Below are positions 1 to 12,030 of a stretch of 64,000 nt of DNA, in pieces; position 1 is the first letter of the stretch, and every line of letters begins with the position of its first letter. The DNA comes from Eledone cirrhosa (taxonomy: Eukaryota): positions 117,366,001 through 117,430,000 of the forward strand of contig OZ024744.1 in NCBI GenBank assembly GCA_964016885.1, given 5' to 3'. The notes under the pieces were generated by a model. That model had not been told where the DNA came from. It ran no database searches and was given only the letters and a program-made list of their open reading frames with translations. The translations under genes and the position numbers were made by a program.

Positions 1-120
1 TATTCTCTCCACTTCACAAAGATGCACTTCTCTGAAGACAGGAGAAACCCAAATGCATTCTTGATAGCAAGTGTGGAGAAGGGCTTCTGATTACAAAGGC
101 GGATGGTCTGCCAGAATACT

Positions 121-1117
121 CTGAATTGAGAGATCACAACTCTGATACTATGACATGTGGTTAGAATGTCTGAATTGAGAGATCCCAGCTCTGATACTAT
201 GGACATGTGGTTAGAATGTCTCAGGAAAGAATCTCTGAATTGAGAGATCACAGCTCTGATACTGTGGACATGTGGTTAGAATGTCTGAGGAAAGAATCTC
301 TGAATTGAGAGATCACAGCTCTGATACTACAGACATGTGGTTAGAATATCCCAGGAAAGAATCTCTGAATTGAGAGATCACAGCTCTGATACTACAGACA
401 TGTGGTTAGAATGACTCAGGAAAGAATCTCTGAATTGAGAGATCACAGCTCTAATACTATGACATGTGGTTAGAATGTCTGAGGAAAGAAGCACAGAATT
501 GAGAGATCCCAGCTCTGATACTATGACATGTGGTTAGAATATCTCAGGAAAGAATCTCTGAATTGAGAGATCACAGCTCTGATACTACAGACATGTGGTT
601 AGAATGACTCAGGAAAGAATCTCTGAATTGAGAGATCACAGCTCTAATACTATGACATGTGGTTAGAATGTCTGAGGAAAGAAGCACTGGATTGAGAGAT
701 CACAGCTCTGATACTATGACATGTGGTTAGAATGTCTGAGGAAAGAATGTCTGAATTGGGAGATCACAGCTCTGATACTATGACATGTGGTTAGAATGTC
801 TGAGGAAAGAAGCACTGGATTGAGAGATCACAGCTCTGATACTATGACATGTGGTTAGAATGTCTCAGGAAAGAATCTCTGGATTGAAAGATCACAGCTC
901 TGATACTATGACATGTGGTTAGAATGTCTCAGGAAAGAATCTCTGGATTGAGAGATCACAGCTCTGATACTATGACATGTGGTTAGAATGTCTCAGGAAA
1001 GAATCTCTGAATTGAGACATCACAGCTCTGATACTATGACATATGGTTAGAATGTCTCAGGAAAGAATCTCTGAATTGAGAGATCACAGCTCTGATACTA
1101 TGACATGTGGTTAGAAT
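121..1117 (+). repeat. 64-65 bp tandem repeat (~15 copies) derived from RTE-clade LINE coding sequence
   Basis: Unit ctgaattgagagatcacagctctgatactat(g)gacatgtggttagaatgtctcaggaaagaatct translates as L*IERSQL*YYGHVVRMSQERI. The array is followed by KPTGRNPRGR...LGWSHLGV. Confidence 0.85.
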
Positions 1118-1200
1118 TTTATGTATAAAACCAACCGGCAGGAATCCCAGGGGTAGATCCCAAGCTTGGCTGGTCTCACTTAGGGGTCCAGCTTGATCAG
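1118..1200 (+). mobile_element. RTE-clade LINE 3' ORF remnant
   Basis: aaaccaaccggcaggaatcccaggggtaga = KPTGRNPRGR and cttggctggtctcacttaggggtc = LGWSHLGV, both typical of the RTE/Rex3 C-terminus. Confidence 0.6.
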
Positions 1201-1255
1201 TTGCCCCCACAACCCTTTCAGGAAGAAGTGGGCAAAGAATTATTATTATTATTAT

Positions 1256-1453
1256 GGCAGTGGATTGGTAGTATCAGTAGAGGGTCAGACACCATGCTTT
1301 GCAGCAAAGAGTTACGGCCCTTTATGGTCTGAGTTCAAATCCCACCGAGGTTAACTTTGCCTTTCCTCCTTATGGGGTCGATAAAATAAAGTACCAGTAA
1401 TGTACTGAGATAATTGCCGGCCTTGTGCCAAAAGTAGAAACAATTATTATTAT
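1256..1453 (+). mobile_element. tRNA-derived SINE, family A
   Basis: B-box-like gagttcaaatccc, body gaggttaactttgcctttc...gtaccagtaatg...ggccttgtgccaaaagtagaaac, (att)n tail. About 9 homologous copies occur in the window. Confidence 0.8.
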
Positions 1454-2546
1454 TTCTTGTTGTTTAATAAGCATGAACCATTGTAATTGATGGTGGTGGT
1501 GATGATGGGGGTGACGGTGGTGATGGTGATAATGATGATGATGGTGATTGTGATGGTGGGGGTGACGGTGGTGATGGTGATAATGATGATGCGGCTGGGG
1601 GGGGGATCATGATGTTGATGAGGGGGTGGTCATGATGATGATGATCCTCATCTTGGACATTTTTCTATCTCTGTATGTGTTGCACATAAATATGTGTGTG
1701 TGTGTGTGTGTGTCTCGACACACACACACACACACACACACACTGTTAATAATTTAATCCTAGTTTATAGCCCATAAATAATCTGTAGATAAGTTGTTTT
1801 AGGAGGGAAGTAGAAAATTACCTCCTTTCATTAGAGATCAATTTAGAGGAAGATGTACAGGTAAGATAATATTTGTGAAGTCTTAGGAGGGAAGTATAAA
1901 TTACCTCTTTCATTAACGAGGATTGAGCAAGGTAAAGGTAGGCTTATGTTTTATTTCTACCTAGATTACATATGAGTAGTTGTGATTCTGTGTGTATCTT
2001 AGTAGTTTACAATGAGTATACTGAACCCGAGTTTAGCATATGGTCCCATAACTCCTGATAGGGGTACTGTAGGGCAATTGTTAAGCCTGGCAGAACTTGT
2101 CTCCTTTCCAGGCTTGAATACAGTAGGTTTCTTCCAGAGAAAGATAGTGTGAGAATGGAAGTTGGAAAGAGATATAGGGGAAGAATAGACTCCATTACTT
2201 GACTGGTACTTTTAGATATATGTAGAGATAGAGAGGAAAAATCGACCCCAGTATTTGACTTTTTTTTATCAACCTTGAATGGATGAAAGGCGAAGTTGAC
2301 CCCAGTGGAATTTGAACTTGGAGGACAGAGAGCTGGAACAAATGCAGAAAAAGAGGTGACTAAAAGATTGTTGCCAGGAAGGGCATCTATCTGACTGTAT
2401 AACATTACTTTAAAAAAAGGCCCCCCGTGTCATGGGGCCTGTAAGACTAACCCTTGTTTTAGTGTGTGTGTGTGTGTATGTGTAAGGTAGAGGGTCACAG
2501 ACCTTAAAATACTTGCTGTTTTAAAAATATTTTATTGTAATGCATG

Positions 2547-3403
2547 CTGTGTGTTGTGTGTATCTAGTTTAGTGTAGCTACACCTTGGTACTGTGTTGTG
2601 TGTATCTAGTTTAGTGTAGCTACACCTTGGTACTGTGTTGTGTGTATCTAGTTTAGTGTAGCTACACCTTGGTACTGTGTTGTGTGTATCTAGTTTAGTG
2701 TAGCTACACCTTGGTACTGTGTTGTGTGTATCTAGTTTAGTGTAGCTACACCTTGGTACTGTGTTGTGTGTATCTAGTTTAGTGTAGCTACACCTTGGTA
2801 CTGTGTGTTGTGTATCTAGTTTAGTGTAGCTACACCTTGGTACTGTGTGTTATGTATCTAGTTTAGTGTAGCTACACCTTGGTACTGTGTGTCGTTTGTA
2901 TCTAGTTTAGTGTAGCTACACCTTGGTACTGTGTGTTATGTATCTAGTTTAGTGTAGCTACACCTTGGTACTGTGTGTCGTGTGTATCTAGTTTAGTGTA
3001 GCTACACCTTGGTACTGTGTGTTGTGTATCTAGTTTAGTGTAGCTACACCTTGGTACTGTGTTGTGTGTATCTAGTTTAGTGTAGCTACACCTTGGTACT
3101 GTGTGTTGTGTATCTATTTTAGTGTAGCTACACCTTGGTACTGTGTTGTGTGTATCTAGTTTAGTGTAGCTACACCTTGGTACTGTGTTGTGTGTATCTA
3201 GTTTAGTGTAGCTACACCTTGTTACTGTGTTGTGTGTATCTAATTTAGTGTAGCTACACCTTGGTACTGTGTTGTGTGTATCTAGTTTAGTGTAGCTACA
3301 CCTTGGTACTGTGTGTTGTGTATCTAGTTTAGTGAGGCTAAACCTTGTTACTGTGATGTGTATTTAGTTTAGTGTAGCCACACCTTGTTACTGTGTGTTG
3401 TGA
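2547..3403. repeat. 42-bp tandem repeat (~20 copies)
   Basis: Unit ctgtgttgtgtgtatctagtttagtgtagctacaccttggta, containing the 12-bp palindrome gtgtagctacac. Confidence 0.95.
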
Positions 3404-3827
3404 AATATGACTAAAAGGGTTATTGACAGGGAGGGGTAGCTGTAAAGCCTCAATTGAAAAGGGACCCAATGTTGTAGGTTCTCTGCAAGGCCCTAACTAA
3501 CCTAGTTGTGGGAGAGGGGAATGTTTGTTGTGCTGTGTTGTTATATAGTTTTTATAGTTGATACTACATATCATTTCATTGAGTTGAATACCTGGAGATG
3601 GCAGTAATTGCTACTAATCCATCATACCCAGGTAAACAACAGGTGAACAAAGAAGGTCTCTTGTCAAATATCTTGAGAAACACTTAGGTCCTTTCAATTT
3701 TTTTTTATTTTCATTAAAATATAATTTACAGTTTATGATCCAGATATAAAGAAGCGTCATTGAATAAGGAAAACTTTATTTAAATTCCTGTTTCCTTAAA
3801 TTTATGTATTTTGTTTATAATAAATGG

Positions 3828-4966
3828 TGTGTCTCTGATAGACTGTCATGTGACTCTGGTAGACTGAGTCATGTGACTCTGGTAGACTGGGTCATATGAC
3901 TCTGGTAGGCTGAGGCATGTGACTCTGGTAGGCTGAGACATGTGGCTCTGGTAGACTGAGTCATATGACTCTGGTAGACTGAGTCATATGACTCTGGTAG
4001 ACTGAGTCATGTGACTCTGGTAGACAGTCATGTGACTCTGGTAGACTGAGTCATGTGTCTCTGGTAGATTCTGTCATGTGGCTCTGGTAGACTGAGTCAT
4101 GTGACTCTGGTAGGCAGCCATGTGACTGGTAAACAGTCATGTGACTCTGGTAGGCTGAGTCATGTGACTCTGGTAGACTGTCATGTGACTCTGGTAGATT
4201 GTCATGTGACTCTGGTAGACTGTCATGTGACTCTGGTAAGCTGAGTCATGTGGCTCTGGTAGACTCAGTCATGTGACTCTGGTAGGCTCAGTCATGTGTC
4301 TCTGGTAGACTCAGTCGTCTGACTCTGATAGACTGTCATGTGATTCTGGTAGACACAGTCATGTATCTCTGGTAGACTCAACCATGTGACTCTGGTAGAC
4401 TCTGCCATGTGGCTCTGGTAGACTCTGCCATGTGGCTCTGGTAGACTCTGCCATGTGGCTCTGGTAGACTCTGCCATGTGGCTCTGGTAGACTCAGTCAT
4501 GTGACTCTGGTAGACTCTATGGTAGACTCAGTCATGTGATTCTGGTAGACTCAGTCTTGTGACTCTGGTAGACTTTGTCATGTGTCTATGGTAGACTCAG
4601 TCATGTGTCTCTGGTAGACTCTGCCATGTGGCTCTGGTAGACTCTGCCATGTGGCTCTGGTAGACTCTGCCATGTGGCTCTGGTAGACTCTGCCATGTGG
4701 CTCTGGTAGACTCAGTCATGTGACTCTGGTAGACTCTATGGTAGACTCAGTCATGTGATTCTGGTAGACTCAGTCTTGTGACTCTGGTAGACTTTGTCAT
4801 GTGTCTATGGTAGACTCAGTCATGTGTCTCTGGTAGACTCTGCCATGTGTCTCTGGTAGACTCAGTCATGTGACTCTGGTAGACTCAGCCATATGTCTCT
4901 GGTAGACTCAGTCATATGACTCTTGTGGACTCAGTATGTTACTCTGGTAGACTCTGCCATGTGGCT
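3828..4966. repeat. ~23-bp tandem repeat (~50 copies)
   Basis: Unit tgactctggtagactgagtcatg with variants (ctcag, ctctgc). Confidence 0.93.
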
Positions 4967-5118
4967 CAGTTTTGTCACTCTGTTAGGCTGAGGGTCTGGT
5001 GCGGAGGCCAGTTTAGTCACCAACCACTCTACCATGAAGCAGGTTGTACTGGATTACTTGGTACCAGTAGTAGTCAGGAGACTGATATGTTATATATATT
5101 TCTGTGTCTCTCTGTGTG

Positions 5119-5123
<5 letters not shown>

Positions 5124-5182
<59 letters not shown>

Positions 5183-5331
5183 GTATGTCTTTTGCTTATA
5201 TTTTTATTTTCAAAAAATATTTTTTTAAGGTTTCCTCTTAAAAATATTGCTTTTCATTTTGCCTTGTTTTCATTTGTTCTCTTATCATATCCTCCCTTTG
5301 TTGATTTTCCTATATATATATATATACATAA

Positions 5332-5404
<73 letters not shown>
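5124..5404. repeat. (CA)n and (TA)n microsatellites
   Basis: (CA)n at 5124-5180 and (TA)n at ~5310-5404. Confidence 0.95.
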
Positions 5405-5406
<2 letters not shown>

Positions 5407-5750
5407 ACTAGTGTTCAAAACGTTAAGACCCTCTTCCTGCTATATCAAGCGTTAACCTAATATATCCCTTCCATATACTGTACCAATTGTGTTGTTATTT
5501 CTGTTTAACTTTTTCATACATATATATATATCCTGTTTTGCGTGTATATAGTTATATATTTCATGCTAATATTAGTGCTGCTGGTGGGGAAGAGCGTTAC
5601 AAACAGGAACAGCTGCAAATGTTTTTACTGCTGAATCCCTTCCCAACTGTTAAAAGCTGTTCATGTGTGAAATAAGAGTGGAGCTTATCTTGTTAATGAA
5701 GCTGAATACTGCAAACAACCATACTTGGTTGTTTAGCAGAAAGTTAGCCA

Positions 5751-6037
5751 GGATCAAACAGGAAAACCTAGGATCAAACAGGCAAACATAGGATCAAATG
5801 GGCAAACATTGGATCAGACCAGCAAGCCTAGGATTAAATAGGCAAACATAGGATCAAACAGGCAAACATAGGATCAAACAGGCAAACCTAGGATCAAACA
5901 GCAAACCTAGGATCAAACAGGCAATCCTAGGATCAAACAGGCAAGCCTAGGATCAAACAGGCAAACATAGGATCAAACGAGCAAACATAGGATCAAACGG
6001 GCAAACATAGGATCAAAAAGGCAAACCTAGGATCAAA
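5751..6037. repeat. 20-bp tandem repeat (~14 copies)
   Basis: Unit ggatcaaacaggcaaac(a/c)ta. Confidence 0.92.
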
Positions 6038-7024
6038 TATATTCCAACAGTCACTTGTAAAGTCTTTTTCATTGTTATTTTCCGGCAAGGTGTATCTTCG
6101 TTAATATTATCTAATGTTATTTTTTTTTATTATGTGGTAGGTCTGTGGCTGATTGCTTAGAGAGTTGGATTCACAATCATGAGGTTGTAAGTTCAATTCC
6201 CAGACCGGGCAATGCATTATATCCTTCTTCGGCGGTAGCAGCGATTTGCTTGGCTTATATTTGAGTACAAACATTAAGTTAATGCTGAGGGGCTGGGGGT
6301 TACTGTGGAGTAGGTAGGTGGGGACTATTGGCTCTGGTTTGAGGTAAATTTAGTTATTATTTCTAGCTTACCATATATTTACCTCTGGTGGTAGAGACAC
6401 AGAACTAACTATCAAGAGTCTTTAAACTTTAACTTGCGCTAACAGATTACAAATGGAGAGTCTTTTAAATCATGGCTGATCTGGAGGCTAGTGTTATGAA
6501 GAAGAACAAGATTTTAACATGAAATGAATGTAGAAAGATGTAATTAAATACTGTAAACAATTTAATTTGGCATTCTACAGTTCCTGTCTCTTGTTCTTCT
6601 TCCTACCACCACCACCACCACCACCATCACCATCATCATCACCATACACCAATTTTGCAGACATTTAAATTAATTTAAATGATGGAATTTAAGTAATTCA
6701 ATTCATTTGTGTATGATAGACTATATTTAGTTATAAGAAAGCAGCATTAGAAAGGACTATAAATGCCATAAATGAGATGAAAAGGGGGTGGGGTGACCGA
6801 TTCTACATACGCGAGTTTATTGTAACTAAAACTAAAGTTTTTTATTTAACTAATAACATTGCTGTGGAACAATTCCTCGGGTCATATGAGAGACCAAAAT
6901 AACTGCATAGATTGTTTCTGTTAGCAAGAATTAAGTATTGTTTTGTTATATATACATACTTGTATGTGTGGGTAGGGATGTCTGGGAGTGTGTTTAGGTC
7001 GGGGTGTCTGGGAGTGTGAGTGGG

Positions 7025-7275
7025 TGTAGGTGTCACAACAAAAAGTACTCAGTCCACACTGTAAAGTGGTCATGTAGGTGTCACAACAAAAGATACCCAG
7101 TACACACTGTAAAGTGGTCATGTAGGTGTCACAACAAAAGATACCCAGTACACACTGTAAAGTGGTCATGTAGGTGTCACAACAAAAAGTACCCAGTACA
7201 CACTGTAAAGTGGTCATGTAGGTGTCACAACAAAAAGTACCCAGTACACACTGTAAAGTGGTCATGCAGCTGTCA
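7025..7275 (+). repeat. 48-bp tandem repeat (5 copies) derived from a SINE family B internal segment
   Basis: Unit gtaggtgtcacaacaaaaagtacccagtacacactgtaaagtggtcat. A homologous single segment lies inside the SINE at ~7855-7915. Confidence 0.85.
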
Positions 7276-7477
7276 TGATTATTTAAGTGATAAAGAAGGA
7301 TTTGTATTCCAATTTGAACCGGTTTACAGTATTCTTTCTGCCTTTGTTAATATAAATTATAGCTTTAAAGAATTAGCTTTTAATGATCTCCCTTTTCTTT
7401 AAATCCATCAACCAATGACCTCCACCCATCCCCACCAGAAAATATATAAATGCCACCACATTTACTTGGACAGTCAG

Positions 7478-7524
7478 CTTCCTGATGATTTCTCATGAAT
7501 GAAACAGTTTTAGTCCTGTAGAAG
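7478..7524 (+). ncRNA. Type I hammerhead ribozyme motif (PLE-associated)
   Basis: cttc-CTGATGA-t ttc tcat gaa t-GAAACAG ttttagtc CTGTA-gaag. Stem I cttc/gaag, stem II ttc/gaa, stem III ACAG/CTGT, GUA cleavage triplet. Confidence 0.75.
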
Positions 7525-7685
7525 ATTTTCTATATTAAAACATTTATACTCTGCTATGTATTGAGTACCTTACTTACTGTGGTTACCCCCACAGTTATCC
7601 AGTGATAACTTATATTTATATATATATATAAAATTTAAAGGGTATATACATATAAACTAGACAAAGCCATAGATATATATATACA

Positions 7686-8028
7686 GGAGGCACATGGCTT
7701 AGTGGTTAGAGCATAGGCCTTGCAATCGAAAGGTTGTGAGTTCAATTCTCAGACCGGCTGATGTGTTGTTTCCTTGAGCAAGACACTTTATTTCACATTG
7801 CTCCAGTTTACTCAGCTGTAGAAATGAGATGATAGGGACTGGGGTCCCTATATTCCACTGCAAAGTGGTCGTGCAGGTGCCACGGCAAAAAAGCACCCAA
7901 CACTCACTGTAAATGAGGTTGGTGTTAGGAAGGGCATCCAGCTGTAGAAATCAAGCCTGAATCAGTTCCCATCCCACCCTTGCAAGCAGGGAAAAGTGGA
8001 CATAAAATGAAATGATGATGATGATGAT
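7686..8028 (+). mobile_element. tRNA-derived SINE, family B (full length)
   Basis: A box tggcttagtggtt, B box gagttcaattctc, (tga)n tail. A near-identical inverted copy lies at ~25900-26309. Confidence 0.85.
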
Positions 8029-8029
8029 A

Positions 8030-9428
8030 CAGGGTGCGGACGATAGTTGTTCGCAAGATTACTGTCTAGGAAAAAATAACACAGTAGTTTTATTTTTTTA
8101 AATATATTTATCAAACTTGGGTTAGTTTGTCTTCATGACTTGTTCTTTCGATATCACTCGATAAACCCACCACTGGCTTTGATGACGGCCTCAAGGCGAC
8201 CTCAGAACCAGCTACAGGCCTTCGTCACTGTCCCCCGACTTAGGCCCCTAAAGGCACTTGTGATCCTGGCCTTCAGATCGTCTTTCGTATTGCAACTAGA
8301 TCTGTTGGTGTCTCGTTCCACTGCGCCCTACACAAAGAGGTCGAGGGGGTTGCAGTCAGGCGAGCTGGGAGGCCAGATGTCAGGCGAAGTGTGGTCGATG
8401 AAGTTCTCTGACAGCCAGGCTTGGGTCTTTCGGCTGGTATGGTAGGGCGCTGAGTTTTGCTGCCAGAGGTACTGCCTACCTGCAGCTACCTGGTCGATCC
8501 AGGGCTTTACTACCTCACTCAGAACACGGATGTAGCCATCGGTGTTCAGTTTGAGGCCCTCAGGGAAGAAGTGAGGTGGCATGACGTCACCTTGACTGCT
8601 GACAACACCTAAGACCAATGTTGTCGCTGTAAACTTTGTCTGCATGACTCTGGGCACGTCTTTGGATGAGATAGCGAGCCACATGTTGTTCTGGGAGTTG
8701 ATCTTCTGGTCTTGGCAGAAGTTTTTCTCGTTGGAGAAAAACCACAGCATGTCTGGCTCCAGTGGGTGTTTCAACTTGTTGATCAGATTCTTTGAGTGCT
8801 TCAGTCGCTTTTCTTGCATCGCCTTTGACAGAAATTGTCCTTTCCTCATCTTGTATGAAACGTAACAAATGTCTTCATGTACCACCAGCCTAATGAGCTT
8901 TTCATCCACGCTTTTCTCCCTTGCAATGGCACACATCGACTTGCTAGGTTCATTGTTGATGATATCCTGAACTTCAGCGACAAACTCGGGCGTTCTGAAG
9001 GCGTCAGATCGTCGATCATGTGTTTTCCTCTCTGATGTTGCTTCGTAGTCGAATCCTGAATCTTCCAATTCATTTCCGACTAATTTTATTCATATATATA
9101 TATATACATACAGGGTGCGGACGATATTTGTTCGCAAGATTACTGTCTAGGAAAAAATAACACAGTCTTTGGATGAGACACCATTCTCCTGCTGATGCTG
9201 AGAAAGTCTGAAATTTCCTTATTTGTCCTCCCGGTGCGGATTCCAAGAAGAACTCTGTGTCTCTTCCACAAATTTGGAGGTTCAAAATTCTTCATAATCA
9301 ATTATTCTGAAAATAAATAATGGAAATATAGTCACTGTTTTTATGAAGACAAGAGTGACAACGGAAGTAAAAAAAATTTGCATAAAATTACCAGTTGAAA
9401 ATTGCGAACAAATATCGTCCACACCCTG
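8030..9428 (-). mobile_element. Tc1/mariner DD37D (maT-type) DNA transposon, defective
   Basis: 27-bp TIRs cagggtgcggacgata(g/t)ttgttcgcaa at 8030 and ttgcgaacaaatatcgtccacaccctg at 9402-9428, each flanked by TA. Transposase on the - strand. Confidence 0.92.
8154..9295 (-). pseudogene. DD37D transposase pseudogene
   Basis: N-terminus MKNFEPPNLWKRHRVLLGIRTGRTNKEISDFLSISRRMV starts at 9295. Motifs WFFS(N)EKNF, QQ(N)SAPYH and WPPSSPDCNPLD, with 37 residues between the 2nd and 3rd catalytic positions. Two catalytic D>N changes, in-frame stops, and an interruption at ~9090-9167. C-terminus GRLEAVIKASGGFIE*. Confidence 0.9.
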
Positions 9429-9859
9429 TATATGTTTTTGGCAACCATTCACGGTGTGGCTCAATGACGAATTAATTAAATAATTAATAATCAGAGCAAT
9501 ATATATATATATATAGAGAGAGGTAGAACACTGGAAGGTAATATCCGTAGTGGTAGAGCACTCAGTTCATGGGATGAGTTAGGTAGAAGTGGTTACACAA
9601 CAGTTAGTTCACCATACCGAGAACAATTGTTTCACCTTAGCGGATCCTCAGCTCATAATGGACATGGTTATATGGAACAGGAAGGACAACCGTACGAACG
9701 CGCATGTGCAGAAACGATCACTTCACACAGGCAATACTAAATTGCGTGCGAGAGGTGTAAGGGAGATAACTCTAACAGTGGCTTCTCGCAACCTATCACT
9801 TACTCTCCCACTAACAACAACAACAATAAGAAAATAAAGCGTAACAATAGGCAAAAAAT

Positions 9860-10465
9860 TGTAGGCAAAAAATTTCTAGTCCTCTTAGATAGACACTTTC
9901 CCATAGATCATAAATACTGCTCCATCTTTAACTGACACAAAGTAAAACTAGGATACTCCTGCGCTAAGAACATGAAGGCCCACATTACCAACAGCCCTAA
10001 GAGCAACACCCCAGCAGGGTGCTCTTGCTGTAAGCCCGAATCTTGTCCCCTTCAACAGCAATGCAATACACTCGCTGTAGTTTATGAAGCTGTGGTCACT
10101 TCCAACCAAATCAACCACAGGAGGTCAAATCCTATGTGGGTATGGCGGAGAGCCGATTTAAGGAACGCTTCCTGAACCACCAGTCGACCTTTAGGTACCC
10201 GGACAGACGATCATCCACGAAACTCGAAAGCCACGTATGGTCCCTCAAGGACTCAAGTATAGACTACTCCATTCAATGGAAAGCCATCACTAAGTCGAAG
10301 CCATATGTAAGGGGCAATCCGTCGTGTGGACTATGTATTGATGAACGAATAAATATTCTAAAGAGATTACGCAATAGTGATAGCCTAAACGCGAGAAATG
10401 AATTCTTCACACGTTGTCCACACGTCTTGAAACACCTCTTACATAACTACAAAGCTCCGGATTGA
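9860..10465 (+). pseudogene. Penelope linker plus GIY-YIG endonuclease remnant
   Basis: One in-frame stop, and a frameshift between ORFs 9972-10175 and 10136-10465. VVY...YVG...FKERF..H motif order is preserved. Confidence 0.85.
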
Positions 10466-10632
10466 ATTACAACAACATCCTAATTTTCTTATCAACTAGA
10501 AACTTTTGGACTTTCACAATTATCTCCCTGACACCTCTCGCATGCAATTTAGTTGCCTGTGTGAAGTGATCATTTCTGCGCATGCGCGTTTGTACGGTTG
10601 TCCTTCCTGTTCCATATAACCATGTCCATTAG

Positions 10633-10668
10633 GAGCTGAGGATCTGCTAAGGTGAAACAATTGTTCTC
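10633..10668 (+). ncRNA. Minimal hammerhead ribozyme motif in the Penelope pLTR (inverted copy at 9619-9654)
   Basis: gag-CTGAGGA-tctgctaaggt-GAAACAATTGT-T-ctc. Palindromic stem III (ACAATTGT), as in minimal PLE hammerheads. Confidence 0.6.
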
Positions 10669-10698
10669 GGTATGGTGAACTAACTGTTGTATAACCAC

Positions 10699-10735
<37 letters not shown>

Positions 10736-10863
10736 CATACATAGGTATGGGTCTATAAATTCACATTGTCTTCTACTATTGTTGTTTCTGGTATGAGATT
10801 TTAGTAAATATGGGTTTCTAAAACTACACAGACACACATACATACACACACACAGACACACAC

Positions 10864-11280
10864 ACTTACAAAACATTATATATACACACACAAAACATTA
10901 TATATACACACTTACAAAACATTATATATACACACACTTACAAAACATTATATATACACACTTACAAAACATTATATATACACACACAAAACATTATATA
11001 TACACACTTACAAAACATTATATACACACACACACTTACAAAACATTATATATACACACTTACAAAACATTATATATATACACACAAAACATTATATATA
11101 CACACACAAAAAACATTATATATACACTTACAAAACATTATATACACACACTTACAACACATTTTATATACACACACAAAACATTATATATACACACTTA
11201 CAAAACATTATATATACACACACTTACAAAACATAATATATACACACTTACAAAACATTATATATATACTTACAAAATAT
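10864..11280. repeat. ~25-bp AT/CA-rich minisatellite
   Basis: Repeated cacttacaaaacattatatatacaca. Confidence 0.9.
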
Positions 11281-11742
11281 TAATACATACACTCACGTAC
11301 ACACACACACACTCTAATATGCAACCTATGTACACACACACACATTTATTGGAATGTATGTGTGTGTGTGTGTATGTGCGTGTGTATGTACATCATGTGT
11401 GTGTGTACATGTGTGTGTGTGTATGTGTGTGTACATGTGTACATGTGCGTGTGTGTACATGTGCGTGTATGTGTGTGTATATGTACATGTGTGTGTGTGT
11501 GCGTGTACATGTGTGTGTGCATGTGTGTGTGTACATGTGTGTGTGTGTGTACATGTGTGTGTGTGTTATTTTTATGTTAGATGATGAGAGTGAACCAAAT
11601 TTAAATAACACTTAATTTTGACCAAACTATTACATACACACACTTAGACACACACTTACATAGATACACACATACATAGACATACACACACACACTTATA
11701 TAGACACACACATACACTTACATAGAGACACACATAAACATA

Positions 11743-11774
<32 letters not shown>

Positions 11775-11811
11775 CACCTCACACTTAAATAGAGACACAC
11801 ATAAACATACC

Positions 11812-11851
<40 letters not shown>

Positions 11852-12030
11852 CACCTCACACTTACATAGAGACACACATAAACATACCATATTTAGATAT
11901 GTATATATATACAACACACCTCACACTTACATACCATACCCCCTTACACATACACAGGTGCATTGTTCTATATGTAGAACACTCTGTCAGGTGTATTGAT
12001 ACAGTGTTGCAATGGAGAGATAGTAGTAGT

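Larger units (their letters stand above)
9520..10703 (+). mobile_element. Penelope-like retroelement, 5'-truncated, with inverted pseudo-LTR
   Basis: Frames give VGKKFLVLLDRHFPIDHKY..FN*HKVKLGYSC, CSCCKPESCPLQQQC...VVYEAVV and SYVGMAESRFKERFLNHQSTF...CGLCIDERINI...LNARNEFFTRCPH (GIY-YIG endonuclease). 9584-9769 is the reverse complement of 10520-10703. Flanked by (TA)n. Confidence 0.88.

Noticed and set aside
2007-2405. 132-aa ORF
   Set aside because: Overlaps a degenerate SINE-like fragment (~2240-2340) and has no recognisable domain.
7686-7760. tRNA gene
   Set aside because: A/B boxes are present but continue into a shared SINE body and tail found in multiple copies; no complete cloverleaf.
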